Of a DNA stretch of 48,833 bases, positions 37,004 to 45,582 are shown one piece after another. Origin of the DNA: Nitrospiraceae bacterium (lineage in GTDB: Bacteria > Nitrospirota > Nitrospiria > Nitrospirales > Nitrospiraceae). How positions within the stretch are numbered: position 1 is the stretch's first letter; the number at the start of each line of letters is the position of its first letter. Location of the stretch: positions 1 through 48,833 of the forward strand of contig DASWIN010000143.1 of the NCBI GenBank assembly GCA_036397655.1, given 5' to 3'. The translations under genes and the position numbers were made by a program. The notes under the pieces were generated by a model. The model was not told the origin of the DNA. It searched no databases and saw only the letters and a list, made by a program, of their open reading frames with translations.

Positions 37004-38158
37004 ATGAAGGCGGACCGTCATCTGATCAACCAGGAAGTCTTTGCCCGTCTTCCGGACTCCCGGCAGCCCGGGTCATGGGCCGTCATGACGACACGCGGCT
37101 GGCGTCATCGCATGCTGGCCGTGGCGATGGTGACGGTCCTCGTCCCGGCGGTGGTCGTCCGGACCGTGCCGGCCCTGACGGTGAGCCTCCTGCTGCTGGC
37201 TTCTCTCTGGGTGTGGGATGCGTACGTTCGACGCTGCCGGGAATGGAAGCGGTACGGGGCCGAGCTCGATCTGTTGAAGAAGCTGCTGGCGTCGGAATCG
37301 GTCGAGACATTTTATGTCTCGTCGCGTGACGAGCAGACCTTTGCGGAGCATATCAAGGGGCTGCCGGCATTCGGTGATCGCCCGGCCAGGCACGCCGACC
37401 CGGTTCATTTCCTGCGCCAGGTCTGGCTGCGGCGCCTGTTGGCACGGTTTTTCCCACGCGCGGAAGCGAGGATCCTCGACCTCGGCTGCCAGCACGGCCT
37501 GATGACGGGGCTGTTCGACCGGGCGGGATGGTCGTTCATCGGCGTGGACATCAACCCCGAGTCGTTACGCATTGTCCATGCCGCCCATCGGCGATGGCCG
37601 CTCGCCCGCGTGGACGCCGGCGCGCTGCCCTTTCCAAACGAATATTTCGATCTGATCAATTTTTCAGAAGTGATTGAGCATCTCTCGGATCCACGGGCGG
37701 CGCTTCGGGAGATCCGACGATGCCTGCGTCCCGGAGGCCTCCTGTTCCTGACCACCAACAATCGTCACGGGCTGTTGTGGAGCGACTGGATGAACCCGCT
37801 GAGCGTGATGGAGAAACTGATCGGGCTCGCATGGCCGGCCGTGCTCCCGCCGCCGGGGCTGGTGTGGAGCCATGAGACGCTCGGGCTGAGCTATTACCAC
37901 ACCAATTTCACGGCGGACGAAATTCAGGAGCTTCTCCGGAAGGCCGGCCTGGAGATCGCCTGGTGGCGGTCATACCACCATCTGGGTGAAGCTCATCACA
38001 GCTTCCTGAAGCTGTTTCCAAATTGGACGGAGCGTCGGGCTGCCGGCGTACTCCATGCGGTCGACCGCATCTGCAACAGGGTGCCGCTGTTGAACCGCCT
38101 GGGCATGTACTGGCTGATCGTCGGAAGGAAGCCGGCCGACGCGGCTTCGTCACGGTGA
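37004..38158 (+). CDS. Membrane-anchored class I SAM-dependent methyltransferase
   Basis: Two N-terminal hydrophobic helices (MLAVAMVTVLVPAVVV / LTVSLLLLASLWVW), then ILDLGCQHG, FSEVIEHLSDPRAALREIRRCLRPGGLLFLTTNN. The start could be the ATG at 37004 or the GTG at 36980. Confidence 0.8.
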   Translation: MKADRHLINQEVFARLPDSRQPGSWAVMTTRGWRHRMLAVAMVTVLVPAVVVRTVPALTVSLLLLASLWVWDAYVRRCREWKRYGAELDLLKKLLASESVETFYVSSRDEQTFAEHIKGLPAFGDRPARHADPVHFLRQVWLRRLLARFFPRAEARILDLGCQHGLMTGLFDRAGWSFIGVDINPESLRIVHAAHRRWPLARVDAGALPFPNEYFDLINFSEVIEHLSDPRAALREIRRCLRPGGLLFLTTNNRHGLLWSDWMNPLSVMEKLIGLAWPAVLPPPGLVWSHETLGLSYYHTNFTADEIQELLRKAGLEIAWWRSYHHLGEAHHSFLKLFPNWTERRAAGVLHAVDRICNRVPLLNRLGMYWLIVGRKPADAASSR

Positions 38159-38163
38159 CGCGC

Positions 38164-39309
38164 ATGCGATTCGCCCTCATGACGGCCCATTATCAGCCCG
38201 CGACGGTTCCGTGCGGGGTCGGGGATTACACGCGGTGCCTGCGCGCCGCACTGGAGGCCTTGGGGCACGAATGCCTTGTCGTGACCTCGAAGCGCAGTCT
38301 GAGCCACGAGCCGGGAGTGTTTGCCATTGCGGATCGGTGGGGGGCGGTGGATTGCCTGCGCGCCTGGCGGCTCCTGCGGCATGAACGGCCGGACGCAGTC
38401 ATTCTGCAATATACCCCGGAGTTGTACGGCTTCGGCGTGGCGATGAAACTGCTGCCGTGGCTGCTGCGATGCGCTCAACGCGGGACGGTGACCGTGACGA
38501 CCTTTCATACCCTCGTCGGCGGGCGGTGGATCGCCAAGCCCAATGCCGTGTTGCTGGCGGCAGGCAGCCACGGTCTTATCAGTGTGCACGCGGAACTCAG
38601 CCACTTGTTCCGCCGACGCCTGCCGTGGTGGTCAGGCAAGTTGACCGAGATTCCCATCGGCGCCAACATTCCCCCCCCCGCCATTCCGAGGGAGGAATCC
38701 CGGCTTCGGCTGCGCCGGCGGTTCGGTCTGGGTTCGAAGGTCGTCGTGCTGGGCACCTTCGGGTTCGCGGCTCCCGGAAAGGGACTCAACGTTCTGCTGC
38801 AGGCCCTGCCCGACCTGGCGGCTGATCCCGTGGCGCACCTCGTCTGCATCGGAGCCGTGCGGGAGGAAGACCGCGCCTACCGGCGCGAACTGGAGAGCCT
38901 GGCCCGGCGGTTGGGCGTGGCGCATCGCATCCACTGGACCGGAGCGCTGCCTGCGCAGGAGACCGCGGATCTTCTGGCCGGTATCGATGTCTACGTGGTG
39001 CCCTATGACGACGGCGCCAGCCTGCGGCGAGGCACGCTGATGGCCGGCTTTCAATCCGGTGTGCCCATCGTGACGACCACGCCGCGCTTCGACGATCCCT
39101 GCTTGCGTCACGGAGAGACCCTTTTTCTGGTTCCGCCACAATCGCCGAAGGCGCTGGCAGAAGGCCTGCGCGACCTGCTGGCCGACGACCGCTTGCGGCA
39201 ACGGCTGCGCGAGGGCGCGACGGCAGTCGCCCGCCGGTTCCACTGGGCGGACATTGCGAGGCGGCATGTCGAGCTGGCGCAGCGGCTCGGCCGCCAAGGG
39301 CGCGGGTGA
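38164..39309 (+). CDS. Glycosyltransferase, GT-B fold (GT4-like)
   Basis: MRFALMTAHYQP...GVGDYT N-terminus. C-terminal retaining-GT block ...VYVVPYDDGASLRRGTLMAGFQSGVPIVTT.... Contains an in-frame C9 run (38671-38679, Ile-Pro-Pro-Pro). Confidence 0.82.
   Translation: MRFALMTAHYQPATVPCGVGDYTRCLRAALEALGHECLVVTSKRSLSHEPGVFAIADRWGAVDCLRAWRLLRHERPDAVILQYTPELYGFGVAMKLLPWLLRCAQRGTVTVTTFHTLVGGRWIAKPNAVLLAAGSHGLISVHAELSHLFRRRLPWWSGKLTEIPIGANIPPPAIPREESRLRLRRRFGLGSKVVVLGTFGFAAPGKGLNVLLQALPDLAADPVAHLVCIGAVREEDRAYRRELESLARRLGVAHRIHWTGALPAQETADLLAGIDVYVVPYDDGASLRRGTLMAGFQSGVPIVTTTPRFDDPCLRHGETLFLVPPQSPKALAEGLRDLLADDRLRQRLREGATAVARRFHWADIARRHVELAQRLGRQGRG
38671..38679 (+). repeat. C9 homopolymer inside a glycosyltransferase CDS
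   Basis: att-ccc-ccc-ccc-gcc, nine consecutive C residues encoding PPP within the GT4-like gene. Confidence 0.95.
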
Positions 39310-39328
39310 TGAGAAAGGAACGGCCGCT

Positions 39329-40510
39329 GTGCGGATTCTGGTCCTAAGCCCGACTTTTCTTCCGGTGGTGGGCGGAGCCGAACTCCTGCTGCTGGGACTG
39401 TGCCGGCGGCTGTCCGCGCGGCACGAGGTCCGGCTGCTCACGCCCTCACTGCCGGACAGTCTTGTGCGGGAGCAGGGAAGCGAGGAGTACGACAGCTTGG
39501 TCACCTTTCCCGTCGAACGCTATCACGACCGGGTCAGCTTCATGAAGATCCCCGGCCATCGCTGGACGGCGGGCGCAATCCCGCCCTTTTCGCTCTCGGC
39601 GGTGACGGCAGTCTGGCGGGCCGTCAAGGCGTTCAGGCCGCAGGTGCTGAACGTGCATTATCTGATGCCGACCGGTCTGGCCGGCCTGGTCGCGGAACGG
39701 TGGCTGGGAGTTCCGACCGTGGTCACGCTGAATGGCCGGGATGTGCCGGGTCCCGGCGTGCCCGCGCTCTGGCGGTGGTGGCAGCGGGCCCTGCTGGCCT
39801 GCGTATCCGATGCGACATTTATTTCGCGCTACTGCCGGGACGCGATCTGCGGGTCCGGCAGTGAGCAGGGGCACATCGTCTATGCGGGCGTGGACATGCC
39901 GTCGGGACAGGAGGATGCGGGCTCTCTCCGCCGGCGACTGGACATCCCGGAGGGCGAACCGGTTATTTTTTCGTTGCAACGGCTGGGCCGTGAAAAGCGG
40001 GTGGAGATGCTCCTCCGTGCGTTCCACCATTGCTACCGGCAGACCGGCACGGGCGTGCTGGTTCTGGGCGGCAAGGGGCCCGAGGAACCGGCCTTGCGCG
40101 CGCTGGTGGAGGAGCTCGGCATCGACAAGCAGGTGCGCCTGGCGGGCTATATCCCGCAGCAGGCCCTCGGCTCGTTCTACTCCGGCTGCGATCTGTTCGC
40201 GTTTCATTCGACGTTCGAGACGTTCGGGGTGGCGCTGGCACAGGCGATGGCCTATGGGAAACCGGTCGTGACGGTTCGGAACACGGCTCTGCCGGAAGTG
40301 GTGGGAGACGGCGGCTTGATCGCGGAGACGGGGGACTGGCGCGGGCTTGGCGGCGCCATGGCTCGTGTGATCACGGACCAGCCGTTAAGGACTCGATTGG
40401 GGCAGGCTGCCCGGCAGAGGGCGCAGGCGCTGTTTGATTGGGATCGGATCGTCGAACAGCACGAGGCGGTGCTGGCACAGGCGGCGGGGAAATCCGGTCA
40501 TGCCGCTTAA
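39329..40510 (+). CDS. Glycosyltransferase family 4 (GT-B)
   Basis: GTG start with gaAAGGAa upstream. VRILVLSPTFLPVVGGAE N-terminus. The E-x7-E region is FHSTFETFGVALAQAMAYGKPVV...LPEVVGDGG. Confidence 0.86.
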   Translation: MRILVLSPTFLPVVGGAELLLLGLCRRLSARHEVRLLTPSLPDSLVREQGSEEYDSLVTFPVERYHDRVSFMKIPGHRWTAGAIPPFSLSAVTAVWRAVKAFRPQVLNVHYLMPTGLAGLVAERWLGVPTVVTLNGRDVPGPGVPALWRWWQRALLACVSDATFISRYCRDAICGSGSEQGHIVYAGVDMPSGQEDAGSLRRRLDIPEGEPVIFSLQRLGREKRVEMLLRAFHHCYRQTGTGVLVLGGKGPEEPALRALVEELGIDKQVRLAGYIPQQALGSFYSGCDLFAFHSTFETFGVALAQAMAYGKPVVTVRNTALPEVVGDGGLIAETGDWRGLGGAMARVITDQPLRTRLGQAARQRAQALFDWDRIVEQHEAVLAQAAGKSGHAA

Positions 40511-41624
40511 CGTGCTCTATCTGCATCACGTGGCACGGATTGGCGGCGCGGAGAACAGCCTCCAGCTCCTGCTGCATGCCCTCGACCGGGCGAGCGTGAG
40601 GCCGCTGTTTGCCGGCCCCGCGGAGGGCCCGTTTCCCGCCGCGCTGGCCAAGGAGGGGATCCCGGTCTTTGCAGTCCCGTTCGGACCGCTGAAGAACGTC
40701 CCCCAGGTGATCCGCTCCGTGATGCGGCTGCGCCGGATCATCCGTGAACAAAATGTTCAGCTCCTACACTCGAACGGGCCGCAAACAAACGTGTGTGCCG
40801 GACTGGCTGGATGGCTGGAAGGCATTCCCGCCGTCTGGCACGTCCGGAACCTTTTGTACGGGTCGATGCGCGATATCGACCGGCTTTGCGCCGGGTTGGC
40901 CGCCCGGATCGTGTGCAACTCGGAGGCGATTCGCGAACGGTTCCGCGGCAGTTCCGCGTGGGACAAGTCGGTGACGATTCTCAATGCCGTCGACCTCGAC
41001 GCATTCAATCCGCAGGCGTCGGATGAGTCGTTCCGTCGCCAACTCGGCGTGCCGCCTGACGGCGTGGTGGTCGGCATGGTCGGGCGAATCGGCCTGGGCA
41101 AGGGGCATGTCCATTTCATCGACGCGGCGATCCGGCTTCTTCGTGACGGGGCGAAGGCGCAGTTCGTGATTGTAGGCGATGCGCAAATTCCAGAGGAATC
41201 CACGCGGCTGAAGCTGTTGCGGCGCCAAGTCAACGATGCGCAGGTGGAAGATCGCATCACGTTTCTTGGCTTTCGCCACGACATGCCCCGGGTCATGCGG
41301 GGGCTGGACATCCTCGTGCTGGCATCGGATGCGGAGCCCTGTGGAAGAGTCCTCTTTGAGGCGATGGCGTCGGGCAGGGCGGTTGTGGCGACGAATAGCG
41401 GCGGTACTCCGGAGATCGTTCGCGATGGATCCGAAGGACTCCTGGTGCCGCCGCGCGATCCCGGCGCGCTGGCATCGGCAATCCGGAAACTGGCGGAGGA
41501 GCCGGCGCTCCGTCAGCGTCTCGGCCGGGCCGGCGCGAACCGAGCCCGGCAGGAGTTTTCCGTCGCGCGGTATGTCGCGCGCATCCTGGACGTCTATGAA
41601 ACAGCCGGATCCGGCCATCGCTGA
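40500..41624 (+). CDS. Glycosyltransferase family 4 (GT-B)
   Basis: MPLNVLYLHHVARIGGAENSL N-terminus. LASDAEPCGRVLFEAMASGRAVVATNSGGTPEIV (E-x7-E block). 11-nt overlap with the upstream gene. Confidence 0.86.
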   Translation: MPLNVLYLHHVARIGGAENSLQLLLHALDRASVRPLFAGPAEGPFPAALAKEGIPVFAVPFGPLKNVPQVIRSVMRLRRIIREQNVQLLHSNGPQTNVCAGLAGWLEGIPAVWHVRNLLYGSMRDIDRLCAGLAARIVCNSEAIRERFRGSSAWDKSVTILNAVDLDAFNPQASDESFRRQLGVPPDGVVVGMVGRIGLGKGHVHFIDAAIRLLRDGAKAQFVIVGDAQIPEESTRLKLLRRQVNDAQVEDRITFLGFRHDMPRVMRGLDILVLASDAEPCGRVLFEAMASGRAVVATNSGGTPEIVRDGSEGLLVPPRDPGALASAIRKLAEEPALRQRLGRAGANRARQEFSVARYVARILDVYETAGSGHR

Positions 41625-42618
41625 GTCACGACAGGGTGAGACCGACGAATGGCATGGCTGTCATTTGTGCGGTTCGCGGGATGTCCATTTCCTGTGGCGT
41701 GCCACGGACAAAAAGTTCCGAGGGGCGGGTCGGTTCGCCTACCGGCGTTGCGCGGGGTGCGGGCTGGTGGCGCTCCATCCCGGCCTGAAGGAGGAGGACC
41801 TGGCGCCGTACTATCCCGACCATGTGACCGCGGTGCAGCCGCGCGACAATGTCCGGCAGCGGCTGAAGCGGATGGTAGCCGAGGACTGGTATGGATACGG
41901 AACGGATCGTCCCGCGGTGACCGGCTGGTTGCGCAAGGCGGCCACGTTCCCGCTGCGCCGAATGTTGTCACAACTGCCGCACAGGAGGCCGGGCGGGCGC
42001 GTACTGGATATCGGATGCGGCAGCGGCGGGTACCTGGCGTTCCTGGCCGACCTTGGCTGGGCCTGCGAAGGGATTGAGCAGGGGGCCAACAGCCGTCGTT
42101 ACGCACAACAGGAATTGAGGTTGACGGTGCATTCCGATCTCCGGCAGCTGCAGCGTATTCCTGACGGGTGTTTTGACGTGGTGACCATGTGGCATGTGAT
42201 CGAGCATCTCGCGGATCCCCTCCAAACCCTGGCAGCGGTGCATCGCGTGTTGAAGCCGGACGGGCTTCTGATGCTCCGTACGCCGAACGTGGAGAGTTGG
42301 GAAGCGCGCCTGTTCGGGCGGTGCTGGTATGGCGTGGATGCGCCCCGGCATTTGCATCTGTTTTCTCCACGGACGCTGGAGCGGTGCCTGTCACGAGCCG
42401 GATTCGTCACGACCGACGTCTACTACCAGTACCATCCGGTCGACTGCTCCCGCAGCTGCCTGTATGCCGTGGAAGACGCCGGATGGGGACGGATCAGCCG
42501 ATTTCTTGCACGGTGGGTGTTTCTGTTTGAAGCCCTGCTCGCCGCGTGCGCGCCACTGCGGCGCGCATTGGGCCGGGGCGGCGCCGTGCATGTCAATGCG
42601 TCCAAGGTGCCGGCATGA
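41596..42618 (+). CDS. Class I SAM-dependent methyltransferase with N-terminal Cys4 zinc ribbon
   Basis: CHLCGS-x24-CAGCG, then VLDIGCGSGGY, MWHVIEHLADPLQTLAAVHRVLKPDGLLMLRTPN. I prefer the ATG at 41596; the rest of the 460-aa track ORF overlaps the upstream GT4 in another frame. Confidence 0.82.
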   Translation: MKQPDPAIAESRQGETDEWHGCHLCGSRDVHFLWRATDKKFRGAGRFAYRRCAGCGLVALHPGLKEEDLAPYYPDHVTAVQPRDNVRQRLKRMVAEDWYGYGTDRPAVTGWLRKAATFPLRRMLSQLPHRRPGGRVLDIGCGSGGYLAFLADLGWACEGIEQGANSRRYAQQELRLTVHSDLRQLQRIPDGCFDVVTMWHVIEHLADPLQTLAAVHRVLKPDGLLMLRTPNVESWEARLFGRCWYGVDAPRHLHLFSPRTLERCLSRAGFVTTDVYYQYHPVDCSRSCLYAVEDAGWGRISRFLARWVFLFEALLAACAPLRRALGRGGAVHVNASKVPA

Positions 42619-43412
42619 TTCGCGACGCCGGGCTGTGGGACTCAGGGGAACGCGTGCCGGCGGAATCCCATAACACCTTATACCTTGAGCTCCTGAGCGC
42701 GTATGAGGCCGCCAAGAATCTGATCGGGGAAGGAACCATACTCGATATCGGCTGCGGGGCGGGGTACGGATCGGATCGTCTGGCCGGGGCGGGCAGGCTG
42801 GTGATCGGCATCGATTACGAACCGGCGGTGGCGCGGGCCGCCGCCGGACAGTATCGGAGGTCCGGCCTGTCGTTCGCATGCATGGACGGCGCGCGACTGG
42901 CAATTCGGCGGCAGAGCGCGGATCTCATCTGTGCGTTTCAAGTGATCGAACATCTCAGCGACCAGGCCCTGTTTGTTCGTGATGTGGCCGCGACGCTCCG
43001 TCCCACCGGCATCGCCATTCTTTCGACGCCCAATGCCCTCGTGCACCGGGGCCCGCGCAACCCGTTCCATCTGCATGAATTCACGCCGGACGAGCTGCAC
43101 GCCCTGCTGGCACGGCATTTCGCCCATGTCCGGCTGGCCGGGCAAACCCGTCCGGCGGAAATCTACTCGCTGGAGGCCGCGTGTCGTCGCGTCCGCGGAT
43201 GGGATGTGCTCGGGATCAAACGACTGGTTCCCCGCCGGCTTGTCTCGAGCATCGTCTCGGCCGTCGCCCGGTGGAACGGGTTGACGCCTCCTCAGCAAAT
43301 GCCCTTGAGCCGGTTTGCGATCTCGGCCGACACCGCGCATGCCTACAGTCTCTTCGCCCTGTGCAGCCATGCGCCATTTGATACCGAACGTGTCTCGGTC
43401 GTGGGCATCTGA
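42615..43412 (+). CDS. Class I SAM-dependent methyltransferase
   Basis: The ATGA start/stop overlaps the upstream gene. ILDIGCGAGYG, FQVIEHLSDQALFVRDVAATLRPTGIAILSTPN. Confidence 0.84.
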   Translation: MIRDAGLWDSGERVPAESHNTLYLELLSAYEAAKNLIGEGTILDIGCGAGYGSDRLAGAGRLVIGIDYEPAVARAAAGQYRRSGLSFACMDGARLAIRRQSADLICAFQVIEHLSDQALFVRDVAATLRPTGIAILSTPNALVHRGPRNPFHLHEFTPDELHALLARHFAHVRLAGQTRPAEIYSLEAACRRVRGWDVLGIKRLVPRRLVSSIVSAVARWNGLTPPQQMPLSRFAISADTAHAYSLFALCSHAPFDTERVSVVGI

Positions 43413-43416
43413 TTCA

Positions 43417-45582
43417 ATGCAACCTGATCTCTCAGTCGTGGTCGTCAGTTGGAACACGAGCCGGCGGCTCGAGCGCTGCCTGGCGGCGCTCGGGCCGGCG
43501 GCCCGGCAGGCCTCGGTTGAGATCATCGTGGTGGACAATGGATCGACCGACGGCTCGCAAGCCATGGTCGCCGAGCGGTTTCCCCATGTCCGCCTGGTTC
43601 AAAACCGGGACAACCAGGGCTACGGACGGGCCGCCAACGTCGGCGTCAGGGAGGGACGCGGCCGCTACGCCCTCATTCTCAACAGCGATTGCGAGCCGGC
43701 TCCCGGCGCGCTGGCGGCGATGGCCGAGCGGCTCGATCGCGATCCCGCGGTCGGCGGCGTCTTCTGTAAGTTGCTGAATCCCGACGGCTCGCTGCAGCCG
43801 TCGGTGCATGGACGATTCCCTTCTCCGTGGTCGACCCTGGGCGACCTGGTCGGCCTGTCGTCGCTGCGCCACGCGGTCTATCGCCGTCCCCGGCTCCATC
43901 GGTGGTTGCTGCGCGGGACGCTGCGCCTGCACGAGTTTGAACGGGACGTGGAGTGGGGAGGAGGGGCCTGCCTGCTCGTGCGCCGGAGCGCCTTCGATGC
44001 CGTCGGCGGATTCGACGAGCGGTTCTTCATGTACTACGAGGACCTGGATCTCTGCCACCGGCTCCGGGACGCGGGGCATCGGCTTCTGTACACGCCGGCC
44101 GCAACCGCCGTCCATCATTGGGGGGAAAGCACGGCACAGGCGCCGGAACGTATGCTGGTGGAATCCTGCCGGAGCCGGACACAGTACTTCGAGACATATT
44201 TCCCCGGGTGGGGCGGGGAATTATCCCGTTGGTCGGCGCAGGCGGAACTGCGGTTGCGAACCGTCCTCCTGGCAGGCGCGGCCCTGATCTGGCCGGGCCG
44301 TCGGGATCGCATGGGGAAGCAGGCCGAGGCGAGTCGGACGTGTGTGCGCCAGCTTCAGGAGCAGACGTCCGCCGAGGCTCCGGCGGCCGGGATGCTGTCG
44401 TTCCGTTCGCTGGCAGTTGGGTGTCTGCTCGTCGTCGGGTTCAGCCTGTTTCGCTACCTGCACGACATCGCCCAGATCGTGTTGGAATCGCCGTTCATTG
44501 ATTTCGCGCACTACTACACCTATGCCTACCTGGTGGGGCAGGGGTTGAACCCGTTCGATCCACAGGCGGTCGCGATGGTGGACGATGTCCTGAAGATCAG
44601 GCGCGCCGGCGCGGCGGCCAACTATCCGCCGTTGTTTTATCTGTTGATGCAGCCATGGACCTGGATGCCGTTTCCTGTCGCGGCGCATGTGTGGACCCTC
44701 GTCGGCCAGGTGAGCCTGTTCGCGGCGGTCGGCCTGTGTCTTTCGCGCTGGACCACGCCCAATCCACTCCAGTTGACGGCGGCCCTGTTCGTAGCCCTCA
44801 ATTACCAGCCGGCACTGGAGAACGCGGCGCTTGGGCAGGCCAATGCCCTGCTGCTCCTGCTTGTCACGCTGGCCTGGTGGGGGCTTCGGAGCGGACATCA
44901 TTGGCTGACGGCGTGCCTGATCGGGATCGCGCCCCATATCAAGATCCAGTACGGGTTGCTCATCCTATTGTTGTGGGTCATGGGGCATCGCGCGGTGTGC
45001 GCCCGCGCGGCCATCGTGGCCGGTTCGGGAGTGGTCATCGGGACGCTGGCGCTGGGGGAGGCGCACTATCTCGACTACCTCCGGTACCTTGCCGCGATGC
45101 CGGACTATCTGGTGTCGTGGACCGCGAATCTGTCCTTGCGAGGGACGCTGAATCGGCTGCTGCTCCCGCTGGAACACGGCCGCGCCGTTGCGGACGCGGC
45201 GATGCTGGCCGCGAGCCTGGCCATCCTCGTCGTAGTGGCCCGCGCGATTCCGCGTTCGATTCCACCGGACTCGCAGAAGGTGGATTGGGCCTGGAGCGCG
45301 GGGCTGTGCGCGATGTTGCTGGTGTCCCCGCTGACGGAAGAGCACCATCTGGTGGTATTGCTCTTCCCCTTGTTGCGCCTGCTGTGCGCCGATGTGCCTC
45401 TGCGGGCGGGGGAAATCCCGCTCGCGCTGAGCGCCGTGATCCTGGTGGGGAGCCGGTACTCACTGGAGCGATTCCCGATGTTGCACGAAGGACCGCTCTC
45501 GCTCTTGACCGCGGGGAAATTGCTGGGCGTCGTCGCGCTCTTGTGGCTGCTGGTGCGCCGGTTGCAGGCTCGGGAGCCGTGA
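43417..45582 (+). CDS. Fusion protein: N-terminal GT2 glycosyltransferase plus C-terminal DUF2029/GT87-like membrane domain
   Basis: N-terminal ~300 aa: LSVVVVSWNTSRRLERCL, VDNGSTDGS, NQGYGRAANVG, ILNSDC, YYEDLDLCHR (GT2 signature). C-terminal ~400 aa are polytopic, with FIDFAHYYTYAY, NYPPLFYLLMQPW and LGQANALLLL, paralogous to ORF 35648-36955. Confidence 0.8.
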   Translation: MQPDLSVVVVSWNTSRRLERCLAALGPAARQASVEIIVVDNGSTDGSQAMVAERFPHVRLVQNRDNQGYGRAANVGVREGRGRYALILNSDCEPAPGALAAMAERLDRDPAVGGVFCKLLNPDGSLQPSVHGRFPSPWSTLGDLVGLSSLRHAVYRRPRLHRWLLRGTLRLHEFERDVEWGGGACLLVRRSAFDAVGGFDERFFMYYEDLDLCHRLRDAGHRLLYTPAATAVHHWGESTAQAPERMLVESCRSRTQYFETYFPGWGGELSRWSAQAELRLRTVLLAGAALIWPGRRDRMGKQAEASRTCVRQLQEQTSAEAPAAGMLSFRSLAVGCLLVVGFSLFRYLHDIAQIVLESPFIDFAHYYTYAYLVGQGLNPFDPQAVAMVDDVLKIRRAGAAANYPPLFYLLMQPWTWMPFPVAAHVWTLVGQVSLFAAVGLCLSRWTTPNPLQLTAALFVALNYQPALENAALGQANALLLLLVTLAWWGLRSGHHWLTACLIGIAPHIKIQYGLLILLLWVMGHRAVCARAAIVAGSGVVIGTLALGEAHYLDYLRYLAAMPDYLVSWTANLSLRGTLNRLLLPLEHGRAVADAAMLAASLAILVVVARAIPRSIPPDSQKVDWAWSAGLCAMLLVSPLTEEHHLVVLLFPLLRLLCADVPLRAGEIPLALSAVILVGSRYSLERFPMLHEGPLSLLTAGKLLGVVALLWLLVRRLQAREP

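Noticed and set aside
44655-45581. N-terminal 309 codons of track ORF 44655-46874, and analogous 5' extensions of ORFs 41236, 43315, 38023, 39254, 40434, 33401, 34579, 32721, 31943 and 30352
   Set aside because: The extensions overlap the well-supported upstream genes in another frame and are Arg/Gly/Ala-rich. Recognisable domains begin only at the internal start codons, which sit at or a few nt from the upstream stop codon.
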